Below are positions 39,559-53,200 of a DNA stretch of 64,000 nucleotides, piece after piece. The position numbers and the translations under genes were made by a program. Source of the DNA: Phoronis australis (lineage: Eukaryota > Animalia > Phoronida); contig NMRA01000265.1 of assembly GCA_002633005.1 (NCBI GenBank), forward strand, positions 1 to 64,000, in the 5' to 3' direction. The stretch's first letter is position 1; every line of letters begins with the position of its first letter. The notes under the pieces were generated by a model. That model searched no databases. It had not been told where the DNA came from and saw only the letters and a program-made list of their open reading frames with translations.

Positions 39559-40335
39559 TCAGTAATACGCCCCGCAATCATCATCGTCGTCGTCACTAAA
39601 CTCATCGTCGTCACTAAGATCATCGTCAGAGGTGCTCGATGAATCCGAATATTGACAGTCGATGTTGCAAGTAGGACAATGCACATTCTTTGGAATTCCT
39701 GTTTGGGACGCGACGCCAGTGGAATAAACAGTTGCGAATTCAGCTCCTTCATCCAAGGCGTCTATCAGGTCAATGTTTTCTGTGTAGAACAGCTCCACCC
39801 AAACTGATTTGGTAGCCATCCAACCGGAAGTCGTTTGTTTGAGAAACGGGTTGTCATATACGTCAAGGGAAGCTAGATGATTGTCGCAAAAGAAATCTGC
39901 CTCTGAGTTCGACTTCGTCATAACAACAGTAACATAATGAAGTCCATTGTTTTTCAAACAATAGAAGTCACCAAAGTAGAGGTTGAACGTTTCTTCTGCT
40001 AACATCTCCGCTGGCAAAAGCAACCGTGTGTCTCCAAAGGGTGATTTCCAGGGGAGTTCTCCCGTTTTTTTTGCATACGGGTAATTTACTGAAAAGAATG
40101 TCCCTTTTATTTCACCGTTGATAGGAGAATCTCCATTGAAATCTTTTAATCGCGTTTCAATGATGCCAGTGGTGTCCAAGATGTCATCAAATCTCTTTTT
40201 CGGTTGGTTTCTGTAGAAATGGCTTACAGACTGCCACACTTCGTAACCCCTTAGCACGTGCGCTTCTGCTTTTTTGAACAATTCCTCAACTTTTTCCTTC
40301 TCTTCCATTATTTTCTGTAAAGGAAAATATGGCAT
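39559..40335 (-). CDS. PHYHIP-like C-terminal domain protein, copy 3, short acidic tail
   Basis: 258-aa ORF with intact motifs FYRNQP, LKDFNGDSPINGEIKGTFFS, KSPFGDTR, NLYFGDFYC, HYVTVV, NPFL, VWVELFYTE. Probable start M at 40308. Confidence 0.9.
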   Translation of the reverse strand: MPYFPLQKIMEEKEKVEELFKKAEAHVLRGYEVWQSVSHFYRNQPKKRFDDILDTTGIIETRLKDFNGDSPINGEIKGTFFSVNYPYAKKTGELPWKSPFGDTRLLLPAEMLAEETFNLYFGDFYCLKNNGLHYVTVVMTKSNSEADFFCDNHLASLDVYDNPFLKQTTSGWMATKSVWVELFYTENIDLIDALDEGAEFATVYSTGVASQTGIPKNVHCPTCNIDCQYSDSSSTSDDDLSDDDEFSDDDDDDCGAYY

Positions 40336-43300
40336 TTTGGGTCACATTTACCCAGCTTTGTTTTTATTAGTATTGTCACTTACTTTATTCGTTGAGACCA
40401 TATTAAGCATGGTACAAGGTTTGACGCCAAATAGGATCGCATATACGTATAATGTAGGAAGTTTTCTGTCCAATGCAACTGAAATTTGAATTCTTTGATG
40501 AAGTGGTATGCCCATCATATTGCCATGGCTCAGAAATATTAGGTTTTAAGGAGTACGATTGAAAAGGTGCGCTTACTTAGAATTATTCTTGGAGTACAAT
40601 ATAAGTAGGAACCGCCAGATTTAATAATTCAGTTTTTGCTCGGGTGGTACTCTGAGTTATTTGTCAAGGATGCCGCTGATATATTAGTTTACCTTTAGAA
40701 CATTTATTTTCTTGTACAACTTGCCTGAAGCCCATATTATACGCAGTTGTACAATATACACAGTAACGTGATCTACATCGTCTCTTCCTTTACCAGCTGT
40801 CAACAGTCATTTACGTGGGTTTGTGAGTTATTGTCGTTGTCCAACTGTGACCAACCGACCCGCACTTTTTTGTTGCGCCGTTTTTTGATTTTTCCTTTTA
40901 CCGATGGGACCCCCCCTTAACTACCACGGGCCCCAGGGGTTGTGAGTCCTCCTGTTCACGCCCTCTCGACGCTTCTGACCATGCATTCACTTTAGTTTGC
41001 ATCGTGTTTTTATCCAAACTACTTCGAGTATTCGATGCGAAAACCATGATTTATTAGTTGGTGGGCATTTGAAAACAGACTAAGTTGTTAGAATCAAGTT
41101 CCCAAGATAATTAAGTTGAGATCTCGAGAACTTGAGATAATTAAAAAAGAAACGTGCGATTTCATCTTTGGGTCATCGTGGGAACGTGTGCCTAGTCAGT
41201 CTTTTTTACAGGGTAAAAAGCCCCGGTTTTGGCCAATTAACAGATAAACAGACATCAAAACCGACTTTCCCATCTAGTTCTCTGAAAAAAAAATTATGTT
41301 CTATAACCCTCGACCATCCTCAAATGTTTCGAGCAAAATTTGAAAATTCTTAGTTTGCAAATTCTCGTGAACGGCAAGCCTTTGATCTACGCTTTAGGCA
41401 AGTTAGTACACGACAAATATAGAGAAAGACCTCCCACCAAGTACCACAATGTCAAATTTTTGACAATATTTAAATACATTAAAAACGTTTAATTGGCTAT
41501 GCACACCGCCACCAAACATTTTAAGCCCCGTCCTCATTCGCAAACTTATTACTTGTAAACTCGACTAAAAGTTTACCTGTACACCCGGAAAGTTTGGCAG
41601 AGTTGGCTAGTGAGGACTGTTTGTCAGACTCATTCATTACATCACCAAATTCGGAGTTTGGTCGTGTTTGCAAACAAAAGTTCGCTGGAGTTTGCCAATG
41701 TGGACGGGTATCTCTCTCCTGACATCCTGGTCCATACAACATGTGCCAGACAAGGAACCGCTTGTTCATAAATAATGCTTTCCCGAATAACGATATTCCT
41801 CTCGATGTTCTACAGTCTCGCATTTTGGGGTGTTTGAACCACATACCTTGATGCAGCGATAACTTGTACGAAAACGATTTCTCGGCCACTTTCAAATTTT
41901 CTCTTCTTGTCCACGTGAATACTAGACACTGCCAGTTTGATAGAGTGGAAAGAGAACAACTGCGCCTAGGCTTTTTCCAAATGCGAGAGGAGATCCCTTA
42001 GCTATGCAAGTGTGTTTAAAGAGGTATGGAACGCGAAAGCTCGTAAAAATATCTTTTGAACAATTCCTGAAGAAAGTACCAACTCGTTAAGTCTAGTACA
42101 AAGTAGTAATTCCTTTTCCCCTGTGAGGGAATTTCCAGAAAAAATAAAAAATCACGATTTTTGAAATACGCGAGAAAAAACTCTGTGGTTACCACAGAGT
42201 TTCTAATATCCCTCCCATTCATGATAAATGCGAGCATGCGCTCACAGTCGGTTGCTTTCCATATAAGAAAAATGTACTACGTCTATCATAACAAATAAGG
42301 AAAAGTCCTTTGCCTTGTGAGAAAAAAACGACAAAGTGGCGACCAGTTTGACTTATCGTTTTTTTAATTTGAAACGAAAAGAAAATGCGTTAATATCAAC
42401 AAACATTTAAAATCTTTGCGAACAAATCCTAAAACACCTGGTGATCAGGTTGAATTCAGTTTCAGTGGCAGAGAATCACTTTCAATATTGCAATTTAGTT
42501 TCTATATCGCGTTCCAGGCCTCTTTAAATACAAAAGGCAACATCAATGACAATAGTTGTATCACATCGAGCCTTCCTCCTAGAGCGCCTTCTCAAGATCA
42601 GAAGGTTATTAGAAAAAGCTGTCATGGTAGCCCTCATCTTCCACGCCCCTTAGGAAGTGAGCAACAATTTTTGCTATGATCGGTGTCCTTCTCAACAAAC
42701 TTAATGTCACGCCATATATAGATTTCAACTCACTTGCATCTGCTGTTAATAAATCAAGTCGCCGGATTGCCTTCTTTGGTATATGCGAGCATGTTTTTTT
42801 TTTGCTTAAATGTATGATCCTCTCTCCCTGCTGGGTCTGAGTATCTGTTACAATAAAATTCGGAATTTCCAAGAAATGGCATCGGTGGATTTCCCATTTG
42901 TTATCAACAGATCATTCATTGGGTTGAAGCGAGTATAATGCTATCTTATCGCCGTACAGATTGTAAAGGTTCCTTGATGTACTTTGTACCGAAGTTTGAC
43001 AGTAATGTTTCACAGTCGGAAAACTGCACAAAGAAAGTCTCCGCTCTATCGAGCTCCTTTGCACTTTTGCGGGGACAATTTAATTTAACTACACGTTCAA
43101 AAGAGAAATCTCATTGAGTCAGGCATTCCTCATTTCAACAAAATTGTCTCAAATATGCATAAATTGTTACCTTTCTTCACACACGTTGTTGACAACTATA
43201 ACGTGAGAACATCTGTAGATTTCAACTTAGCCGTACTTCCAAATTTGTTACTATTTCATCAAGACGAACGACTGCTCTCTTTTGCATGGAAGTAAATTTT

Positions 43301-46300
43301 GCTGAAATGAATGATATCTCTGCTGGGTCTTTTTTGAGATCGGGAATGCGCTAGAAATAACGACAAATAGTGGTAATTTCCATTAGTCATCAACGAGGAT
43401 TTCATCGAGTCAATGCCAGTATATATACTTGCACACTTTGGTGTGGCTGCAAAAAATTATAATTGCGCATTGTTGTTTAGGACACAATGTCTCGTTTTAA
43501 CATCAAGTTTAATAATCACGCATTCAGAACCGTTTGTAGTTTGGACAAAACACTTCATGTTTTAGCATAATGGCGAATTCATGCAAGGAGTGAATGCACT
43601 CAATAAATAGACCAACACCATCAACTCGTGTAGCTCATTGATCAACCGTTTGATTTCCAGATGCCCGTCTTATCAGTATTATTTGACCCTGGGCAAGGCA
43701 GTACAGGGGCCCCTATCCAAACAACTGCTCAAGGCATGAGAACAAAATCGTAAATATGGTAGATAAAACGACAAATACATGCATGTTGGGCCTAGTGGTA
43801 CTTCTAACAGAGTCCAGTTGAACATCATTGCAACGTAACGGCCATGAATAGCGATACAACGTAGCGAAGACAACAACTTAAACTTCCAAGTCCTAGATTA
43901 CCTAATGTATGAAAGTCTACCCTAATTACAAAGAACTACTGCGTTACAATGCCAAAATTGCAAAGTTTCTTTGATGTACGTTGAAACGAGTCTTGACTCC
44001 CGTGCTGCAGAGCCCAAAATGGGGAAATTCTCCGCTCTAACGAGTCCGTGGATACTCTGTGTGGCGACGAGTTGCGACTTAATTCAACCACTAGTTCGGA
44101 GCAAAAGAGAAATCTTACAAAGACATTCATTCCGCATTTCAGCAGAATCAGTGTCTCGTGCAATCATATTGTAGAACTATTCATATTCCCAGACAACTCC
44201 GTACATGTCAATAAAATCATGATTAATGTAGAAACACCCATAGATGTCAATTAACTTCCAAAAATGGTAATAAATCATCATCAGGTCGCCCGGTTTTCGT
44301 TGACACACGCTAGCAAATTTTGCTGAAATGAACCAATATTTTACCGTCTGATAGATCTCAAGTTTCAAATCGGTGCTCTCAGAGAAATGACGTCAGTGCC
44401 GGGATTTTCCGTTTGTCATCAACAGGGTTTTCATGGAGTTGACAAGAACTGATACAATCAATATTTTCAATTCACTTGGTAAACAGGTCAACTGTGCGGT
44501 GGCTGCAAAAAGAAGACATGGCAACTTTTTCTCCGTTGCTAACTCTACCGATAGACTTACTATCTCTGTCGATAGACTTAGTAACTGTATCAAAAAAACT
44601 TAGTAAGTCTATCGCTAAATTTTAAAGTCTATCGATAGAGTTGCCGTGCCGTCCTTTAACAACCACCGTGCAACTGGGCAGTCTTAAAAGCATTATTTAC
44701 CCCCGGCTAAAGCAGTGCAGTATCTTTTATTAACACAACTGCATGCTCATAAAAACCGAGTAGTAAAAATGGTTGATAGAAAACTACACGCATAGGTAGA
44801 CTACTTACAAAATCAGATCGTACAAAAATCAAGCAGAGAAATCACTGGCTTTGGTCAGGAGAGGAGGAATCAGTTTCAAGCACAAGAAAGAATGTCTATT
44901 TGATGTAGAAATTTTAAGTTTTAGCATTTGATTTTTGAATTTCAGGTTGTGCATGATAAAATTTCAGCAATGTTCTGTTATCAATAACAAATATTCTTCT
45001 CTGGCGTCTTTGCTCTTCCGAAGTGTCGTGTTCTTAATCTTTGACTGATTTGATTGAAATTCGTTATAATTTTTAATGTTTATTATGGAAAATATAACGT
45101 ACATCAAATAAAAAATTATAAATTGATACAAGCATATATAAATACACGTTATGTAGGCGCTTATGTACATGAAAACGTACATGAGAAACGAGACCCGTTG
45201 AACGCACCACGCGTTTCCTTATTCAGTGATCTTTACTCCGCTTCTCATACTTCCGAAACAGTGATCCACATCCCAAAGGGCAATGGTAAAACAGTCGACC
45301 AGCAGACATAACCTAACGGTTTTACCATTGCCCTTAGGGATATCAATCGCTGTTCCGGAAGTATATTGAGAGATACGAAATAAAGATCACCAATAAAAAC
45401 GTTCTGTGCTCAACGGACTGCGTCTCAGAAAACATGCTACCCAATTACAGCACATACACACATATATAAAATAAATATAAAATACCAAGAATTATTGATA
45501 CATATATATACAAGAATACCACGATTATCAATAAATTGATTTTAATATTAATTTTGTGATTTGAAACAAATGAAATAAAGAACGGAAAGGAATGTGAGTT
45601 ATGGTATCTAAAATAATGGAAATGGTGTCTGAATGTAGTGTGAAATTTTTCCATAAAAAGCTTGCAGAAATTTCACCTTTTCCTAAAACTTGTATGTTTC
45701 ACTGACCATCCTGAAAAACTTCTTAATATACTTAAAAGCAATACAGAAACATTCGTTTGTCGGGTTTCCACTTAATTCGAAGTTCAGCCGTAATGTAAGT
45801 TGTTCTCATGCATGCACTTGGCCCTTCAGAAAGTCGGATTTTACCATTCACGTGAAATCTCACAGTAAAGAAGGATCCGACACAGCATTCAAACAATTTA
45901 ACTACATTTTTCAAAGCCCAAGTGTATCAAACTAAGATCAGATATCACGCAAGTTAAAATACATAAAAAACTACTGGTTTGCAAATGTAATCTTTTCGCA
46001 ACATTAAATATTTCCTAAGTGAAACACCCCTGCCGTTAGCAGTGGACATATGACTTTTGACCAGAACAGTAAATGAAGAGCACCATTTGAAACAGTAAAA
46101 TTGTGACCAACACGGTGTGTGAAATATCCGAGTGTTGACAGAAAATCGCGTAGGACTGCATATATGGAAACTGTGAAGTGCATGTGTTTAGGGTAATGCA
46201 GACGCCTGGAAAAATGTTCAAATTTCGAAACATGATGCCCTCAAATGGCCAGCTGGATTTGTACAAAACTTTCAAATGCCATGCTTTATGCATTGTTTTC

Positions 46301-46571
46301 TGTAACGCTATTAGAAATTGTTTTTGGAATGTTCCACGTTTCATGAAAAATTATCAAAAACTGGGACTTACATAATGAAGTGAAAAATCTCAGAAGTTAC
46401 ATAAAATGAAAAAGAAATAATTTGGAAAAAATTAACAGCATCTTGGAGATGTCACCTTGACATTTGGCCACCTTATCAATACTATAGTTTTGCTATGAAT
46501 GTACCTCTCTATTTAATTAGCTAATTTTACTATAGACATGATTCCAGAACCCAATAAATGGCAGAAACAAG

Positions 46572-46856
46572 GTCACAAGGTCATCTCATAGATATTGATA
46601 GATAGGTGTATCCATTGTTCACTTTGTTTTTGTTTCTTATAATAAAGATAATGACAAGCATTTATCGCTAAGGGGCTGATGTGCACCCCCCCCCCCCTCC
46701 CCAGGACCGGTATTGTTATGTCCAACAAAGGCCCAACAAAGGAAAACAATGGTAGGGTCCCATAGAAGACAACCACGCCACGCACTTATGCCCATCGCAT
46801 GGATCTCGCATATTAAACAATACCTTGAGACCTCCATACGACATCACTTGGCATGA
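46572..46856. repeat. About 280-bp dispersed repeat; second copy about 61080-61346
   Basis: Both share CATAGATATTGATAGATAGG, TATCCATTGTTCACTTTGTTTTT, CAAAGGAAAACAATGG and ATTAAACAATACCTT. Confidence 0.8.
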
Positions 46857-47271
46857 GAAAAATACAATTCTACAGGCTTTCTACTTTTGGACAATATATA
46901 CTTTTATTGAGACAAGATGCATGGTTTTGTTAGATATTATGCTAATTACAAACTTGTCCACTTGGTTCTGGGATTCTCCACTTGTTATGCACAACAATAT
47001 CCCAAAATGGTTGTTTTTTCATTTTTCAAAGACTGATCACCTTGCTGTAAATAATGGAAACTTTGCCAAATGTTGTTCTATGGCATCTACACAATGCAAA
47101 TAGAGCTAGTGGTAAACTAAAATGTTCTTAATCTCAGCTTATGCAGAGACATTTGACAAAATAGAATTTTACTTGTTGGCCATATTGTGACCCAAATAAG
47201 TGAAGAATTACTGTATTCCAAACTTTAAAAAGAGAACAATTGCTGCAGACAATAGAAAGTGACAAACGTCA

Positions 47272-50200
47272 TTAAAAATTCTCCTTGTTGTAAACAAACT
47301 GTGTGCCCTTGCGATCTGTGGAGGAATATTGGTTACAAAGCTTGTGTAACTTGGTTGAGAGTAACTTTGGACCACAGAAAAACAAACCAATTCTTGTGCT
47401 GAAAAAACAGAGCAACTTAGAGTCAAACAAAACATTTGTCTTAAATTGTAGAAAACAACTTAGATGACTCAATCAGCCAAACAATGGGTTTTAGCATATA
47501 CTCAATTAACATACATGTCAAAAGTATTCAGATGTCAAAATGATTCAGAATTCCCCATCATGACGACAGGGCAGAAGTTCAATTATTCATCAGAGTAGTA
47601 TTCCCTCTTGAATAAAAGGCAATTAACAGGAATGTTAGTAAGATTCTTTTAAAGCTATTTTGTAATTAGAATTTTGCCACGATAGCAGTCATTACCGGTC
47701 ATTTTTACTGTTAACAAATTAGCCATCGTGATGGGGGAAAGATATCTGATTCCTTTTGTCTTGTACTGAATGTAATCAAAAACTGAAAATTATCCAAAGT
47801 TTTACTATTCGCATTATAAGGTATTTGTGTCTTCCAACAAAAATGCCACTAAGAAGTGTCCAGGTGGTCTGATGCTTTTTGCCCTGAAAGATGTTTAGAT
47901 CATACGCTTCCTGCACTGATTGCCGAATTATGACTCATGGGGAATCCTACTGTGGGGTTCCTCACACTGTGCTTGATTTGGCGACCAAATTGCCAATGCG
48001 GCTTCAGACTGTGTTAGGCCACCTGGAGAAAAATCCCAAGTTGCCACGAAGACGCCATAGCAAGTATCAAAGTCAAAAAATAATTCCTCTGAAATTCATT
48101 TCCAAGTTTGTGGTGACTTCTAACCTTTGAATTACAAACAGTTTTCCCAGATTTAATACCTTTGGTTCACAATGACGGATATTTTGTCAAATCGGTGCAT
48201 TTGCCACCCTCGTTTAAATTACAACAGAAAGTAAATAGACAGAAGTCAGAATTGTTCAGCAAAAATCGGGCAAGATCAGTAAACACGTGCCTCAAGTGTA
48301 TACGATCATCTGGATTCTATCTTTGTTGGCAGAAGGAATTGAGTTTGAATGGTGCATAATTTTTTACGGGGAGAAATTGAACAGGCACGTTTTTGAAGAC
48401 GGAGTAAGGCACAACCTTTTTTGTTGATGATTTCACCGTCAGTTCTGGCGACCTCAATTTTGTTTGGTGATCTGGGATTTCTGCCAAGTTGCCAAATGTG
48501 ACTCGGTGTCAAACTAAGTGTCGAGCACTGTCATGGCTGAATATAGTTTTCCAATCTGCCAGCATTCCTAGGAAGTTAAACGTGGATGATTTAGAAATTG
48601 CATTCAGGGTATGAATAAGTCACCTTGAGTAAGTTGCATGGACAGCAAACCGTCAGTGATAACCACAGAAATAATTTTCTTGGAGTTTACAGTACTCACT
48701 CTTGATGGGCCTGTGCAAGCTGGGTAAAAATCTGGTCCCAGCTGGGCCGTCCATAGTGTGTCTTCTGATGGAGACCAGTAACAGCGTCATAAGGGTTCTC
48801 TTCATGCAAAGCAATGTTACGGGCCTGAAAATGATGCCAAGGACATGAATACAAGTTAGCAACAAATTTAGTGCAAATTTGCTCATAAGTGGACGATTGT
48901 ATAAAACTATTCCAGCATATACACACACACGAGTCTGTGTTCTAATCTGAGTCTAAACTGACCAATGGTATGACATGCTTCGAGAAAATTTGCAAATTTG
49001 CACTCTAATCATGCATCGTGATTGATTAAGTTCCCAGTCTGTCGAGATTACACCCTAGATCCAGAGCTCAAAGACCATCAAGTCCCAACACGAGACTTCA
49101 CTCCACGCTTCTCGTAAACTTTCCCCATCATGAAAAGAATCCGACACTGACGCCCTCACTGGTCAAGTTTGGAAAACTCGACCAATTCATTAACCTAAAC
49201 ATCCGGCACTATCTTCAATGAAAACATCCAGCTTCAGCTGATGTTATCATTATCTGGCGATTACAAAGGGTTATCATGCGTAAACTTGCATATCATAAAC
49301 ACGGATGTAAACACTGGGAGCGATATAAAATTTCATTTTCATTTTGAAAGTTTTCAAGTAGCATATGTGCATAGACCGTGAAACATACATGTGATTTGAC
49401 TTTCGAATTTTAAAAATGGGACAAGAAATATGACTTCTATAACCTAAAACTAGATAGTAATCCACACTCAATATTGTGCTTCATCAATTAATTAGTTATG
49501 GAAAGCCATGTGTCATCCTACAATTCAGGGCATGATGTGATTGGTCCATTAACATTTGAATGTCTCAGGTTTAGGACTCACTTAACACTTCCTTCACAAT
49601 CAACACTCACCTGGTCTGTGTCCCAACCCCGTGTCAGATAGATGTTTGTACTCAGGAAGTCTGCCCTACCCTGCTCGGCCATCTGACGTTCCAACAGTTG
49701 GAGAAGATCGGCAAACCATTCAAATGCTTCAGTATCGGGACATATCCAGAATAAATAAACTTTCTTCAGTTTCTCGGAATCTGTGGACCCAGTGCTGCTT
49801 TTGTACCTAAAGGGGACAAAGAAGGGGGTCAAATATTTGACACAGTTATATTTTCAGGAACAGTCTGATACAATGTGCCCGCATTTTGAGAACAGTTTGA
49901 TTGATTCATGGCATTGTTCAACGTGATAGCTACAGTGAAACTGCTTTCCACCAAATGTGATTCACAATGCTGGCTCACTTACAATGCTCCATTCCACAAG
50001 TCCTAAGCCGACTGTACCCTATCTAAATTTTTTGGTTACAGAGAACTTTGATTACAATGACTTAATAGACTCTTGTGGAGGGTCTATTGTAACACAGATC
50101 GACTGTACATCGTAATGAGTGTAGGAAACTCCAACTGTGTTGTCACAATGACCATAACATTACCTATGCGGTGCTCACAATACACTTAAACACTGGCCCC

Positions 50201-53200
50201 AAGTGAACGCACCTTCCAAATTTCTTGGGGTCCGGCATTGCAATTTCTTAGGTTCAAGAAAACAGTCCTGAGAAATAATTTTAAAAGCATAGGAAAGCAG
50301 GTTACGTATATTGGAAAACGAGGCAAATCCGACAGCATTTTTATCAATCGTGCCAAGAATTGTACGACGACACATGACTTTCCTCAATTACCAAATGCTG
50401 TCTGCTGGTTTATGAGCCATAAAATTGCAGGCAGTCTGGTACACGTGGTACCAGATGTGCATCTGGTACACGTGGTACCAGATGTGCACATGTCACTCAG
50501 GTGGGCCCATACCACTGATCACCTGGAACCACTTTTATGCTCAATTATTGATATATAGTTAAGACCTGACTCAAGGGTCTAGCAGTGTGCCTCAGTGGGA
50601 CTTGACCTCACGACTTTGAGTAAAGGAACCAGACACTCACCCAAATAGGACACACTGGCTCTTACAAGCCTTGGTAAATACCCATTATATTGCTCGCCCA
50701 GCCAAGAATTAATGAGAATCAGAATACTGTCTAATGCTCGCGCCAGTGTAGACTGTATGTAGACTGTAGATAAGCATGTTAGCCAAGTTCACAGGACACC
50801 ATCAGCAGCCTGCTGCGTCCACACCAATGTAATTGCCAACAGCTGGATGGTTTCTTTGAAGACATTGGGAGATTTAGAGGTTATAGCAAGAAGTTGAGTT
50901 GCCCATTCTCGACGGGTGTGGGTATCAACGTAAGATTTTTTCATGATGAAAAATATGCAAAAAGCCAAGAAGTGAAACAGATGATACTATTTTTGTTCCA
51001 TTAGACAAGTTGTATTTCTTACAAGTAATAAAAAATTGCGTCCAAGGTTGCGCACGCATTTATTCAATCTGCATCTTTTGGGCTTAGTAGCATTAAAAGC
51101 TGCAAAAACATCATTGGGAGAGCGCTGCAGACATGTCGCTACTTACCAAATGTGTTTTAACACAGATGCAAAAGGTGTCACTCCAATTCCAGTTCCCACC
51201 AGGACGTCAACATCATAACGGAATATATCCTGGTTTAGAAAAACCCAAATGTCTTAGCAATCAGAATTGATAATGTTTCAGTAAACAAAGAATGTATATA
51301 TCTGGGTCTTTTAGCTTGAAATCTAACTATAACTATATTTGACATTTTTCTTTCTACTTTTGCACGAACTCAAGACAAGTGTTTAATGTTCTGAGCTCGA
51401 GTATATAATGGTCTTTGTGGATAACCGAGAAATTCTAGATTGCACTTCATGATCTCGGTATTAAAGCTACAAGATCAAGTTTGGACTTGAAATCTTAAGT
51501 TTTTACTTGAAATTGTGAATGTTTACTTGAGTTTGTAGCTCAAATCCAGAGGTCATCAAGAGTGACCTTGGACTAGACGCTCACCTGCGTAACCATCAAG
51601 TACTAAACAAATAAGCACTTATCTCGAGTTCATACTAAAAACAAGAAATGTCAGAGACTCTGGGCTTGGTAATCAGTAACTTTTGTAATCAAAATTTAAC
51701 TTGAAATTATTTTTAACATTCTTTATTCTAAAGATAACTGTCCATTACTTGACGCTTGATTATATTACGATTTATGAAGATGACTGTCTAATCCTAATTC
51801 ACACTTGGTGACCCCAGTATTAATATTAAAGGTATGAGCTCTAGTATGAACATGATTTTGAGTTACTACTTGAGTTTGTAGCACAAACATAGTGGTCAGC
51901 AAGTACGAACTTGGACAAGAGACTCATTTGCTTAAGCCTTAATATACCCCAAGACAGAACAGTACGCCCTTCTGATATTGCATTCAAATGAAATGGAAGT
52001 TTCAAAAATAATTTCAAGTTCTGTTTAGAGATTAAATCTTGGGCCCAGACGTGACCTCACATGCTCACTGTACCCGTACTGCTTTTGATGATAAAATGCG
52101 GAAACAATGAACAAATTTACATCCAAATATTAAATATAATTTTGAGATATACAAAGACCATAAATACGGTTATTTTACAGGTATAGCTTCCATATCTCAG
52201 GTGAACATACCTCAGTAGCAGTCCCAAATGGTCCATCCACAGCCAAGCTAAAACATATGCAAGACAGCAATTATGTACACAAGCATCAGAATAACGCAAA
52301 AAAGTAAATAAAGATTGAAATTACAGAGAAGTAGAATCTACTTACAGGTGCATCAATCCAATAAACAAGTTGTGTAAAATAAAAACAAAAACCAATGAAA
52401 ATTAGACTTTGGATTAAAATTCAAACACTGGGGATTTCTCAAAGATATTACAACCAAAAAGTAGCCTCCAAGAAGACTCTTTTGGGGGGACAATGTTTGG
52501 AAAAGCCCCCTCTTTCAGGATTGTTTTGTGCAGTACAGGCCAAAAATATTCAGACAAAATGCCCAGGAGTTCCCAGTCATGACAACTGGGCTGAAGCTGA
52601 ATTCAACGTCAGTGTAGTCTCCCCTGATGTTCAAGAATGACAGCGAATTAACAAATATTTAGCAAGGTAACTAAGACATTCCGTAATTAGAGTTTTGCCT
52701 CCATAATAATCCTTTAATATCACTTAATTCTTGCAGAAACAGAATTAAACGTCATGACAAGGAAACCATATTTCGTCTGATTACCTTTGTCTTGCAGTTG
52801 TATGTGTGGTAAAAATTCTGAAAAAATGTTTGCGTTGTGTGATTGACTTCTCTTATAACAGCCAAGCTGCCCATAAAAGGCAATCTCCATCTCACACTTC
52901 ATTTATTAATAAGGGTCCTGTGGTAAGCAATACATGTTTCAGAAAGAGACCCAGCACAGCCTCTTTTTGAGTGCAAAATCACTTTGGAAAAATCGCTTTT
53001 CAACCTGAGTCGATCTTCTGCAAAATTCTCGATACAACTCAATACACATTACCTTATTCAAACACTTGAAATCAAAAAGAGCAGAGGTTAGATTTGCTTA
53101 AGATTTAAAAGTGTGCCTTACATGACAACGACCGAAAGTCTTTTGCAACAAGCTGAAAACAATGTATTCATGGTATTCTAACTGTACTTTCAAGCAACAA

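Noticed and set aside
47890-48060. Possible alternative last NOX exon
   Set aside because: No GxFxCGP or KENF motif; the true terminal exon is 47398-47272.
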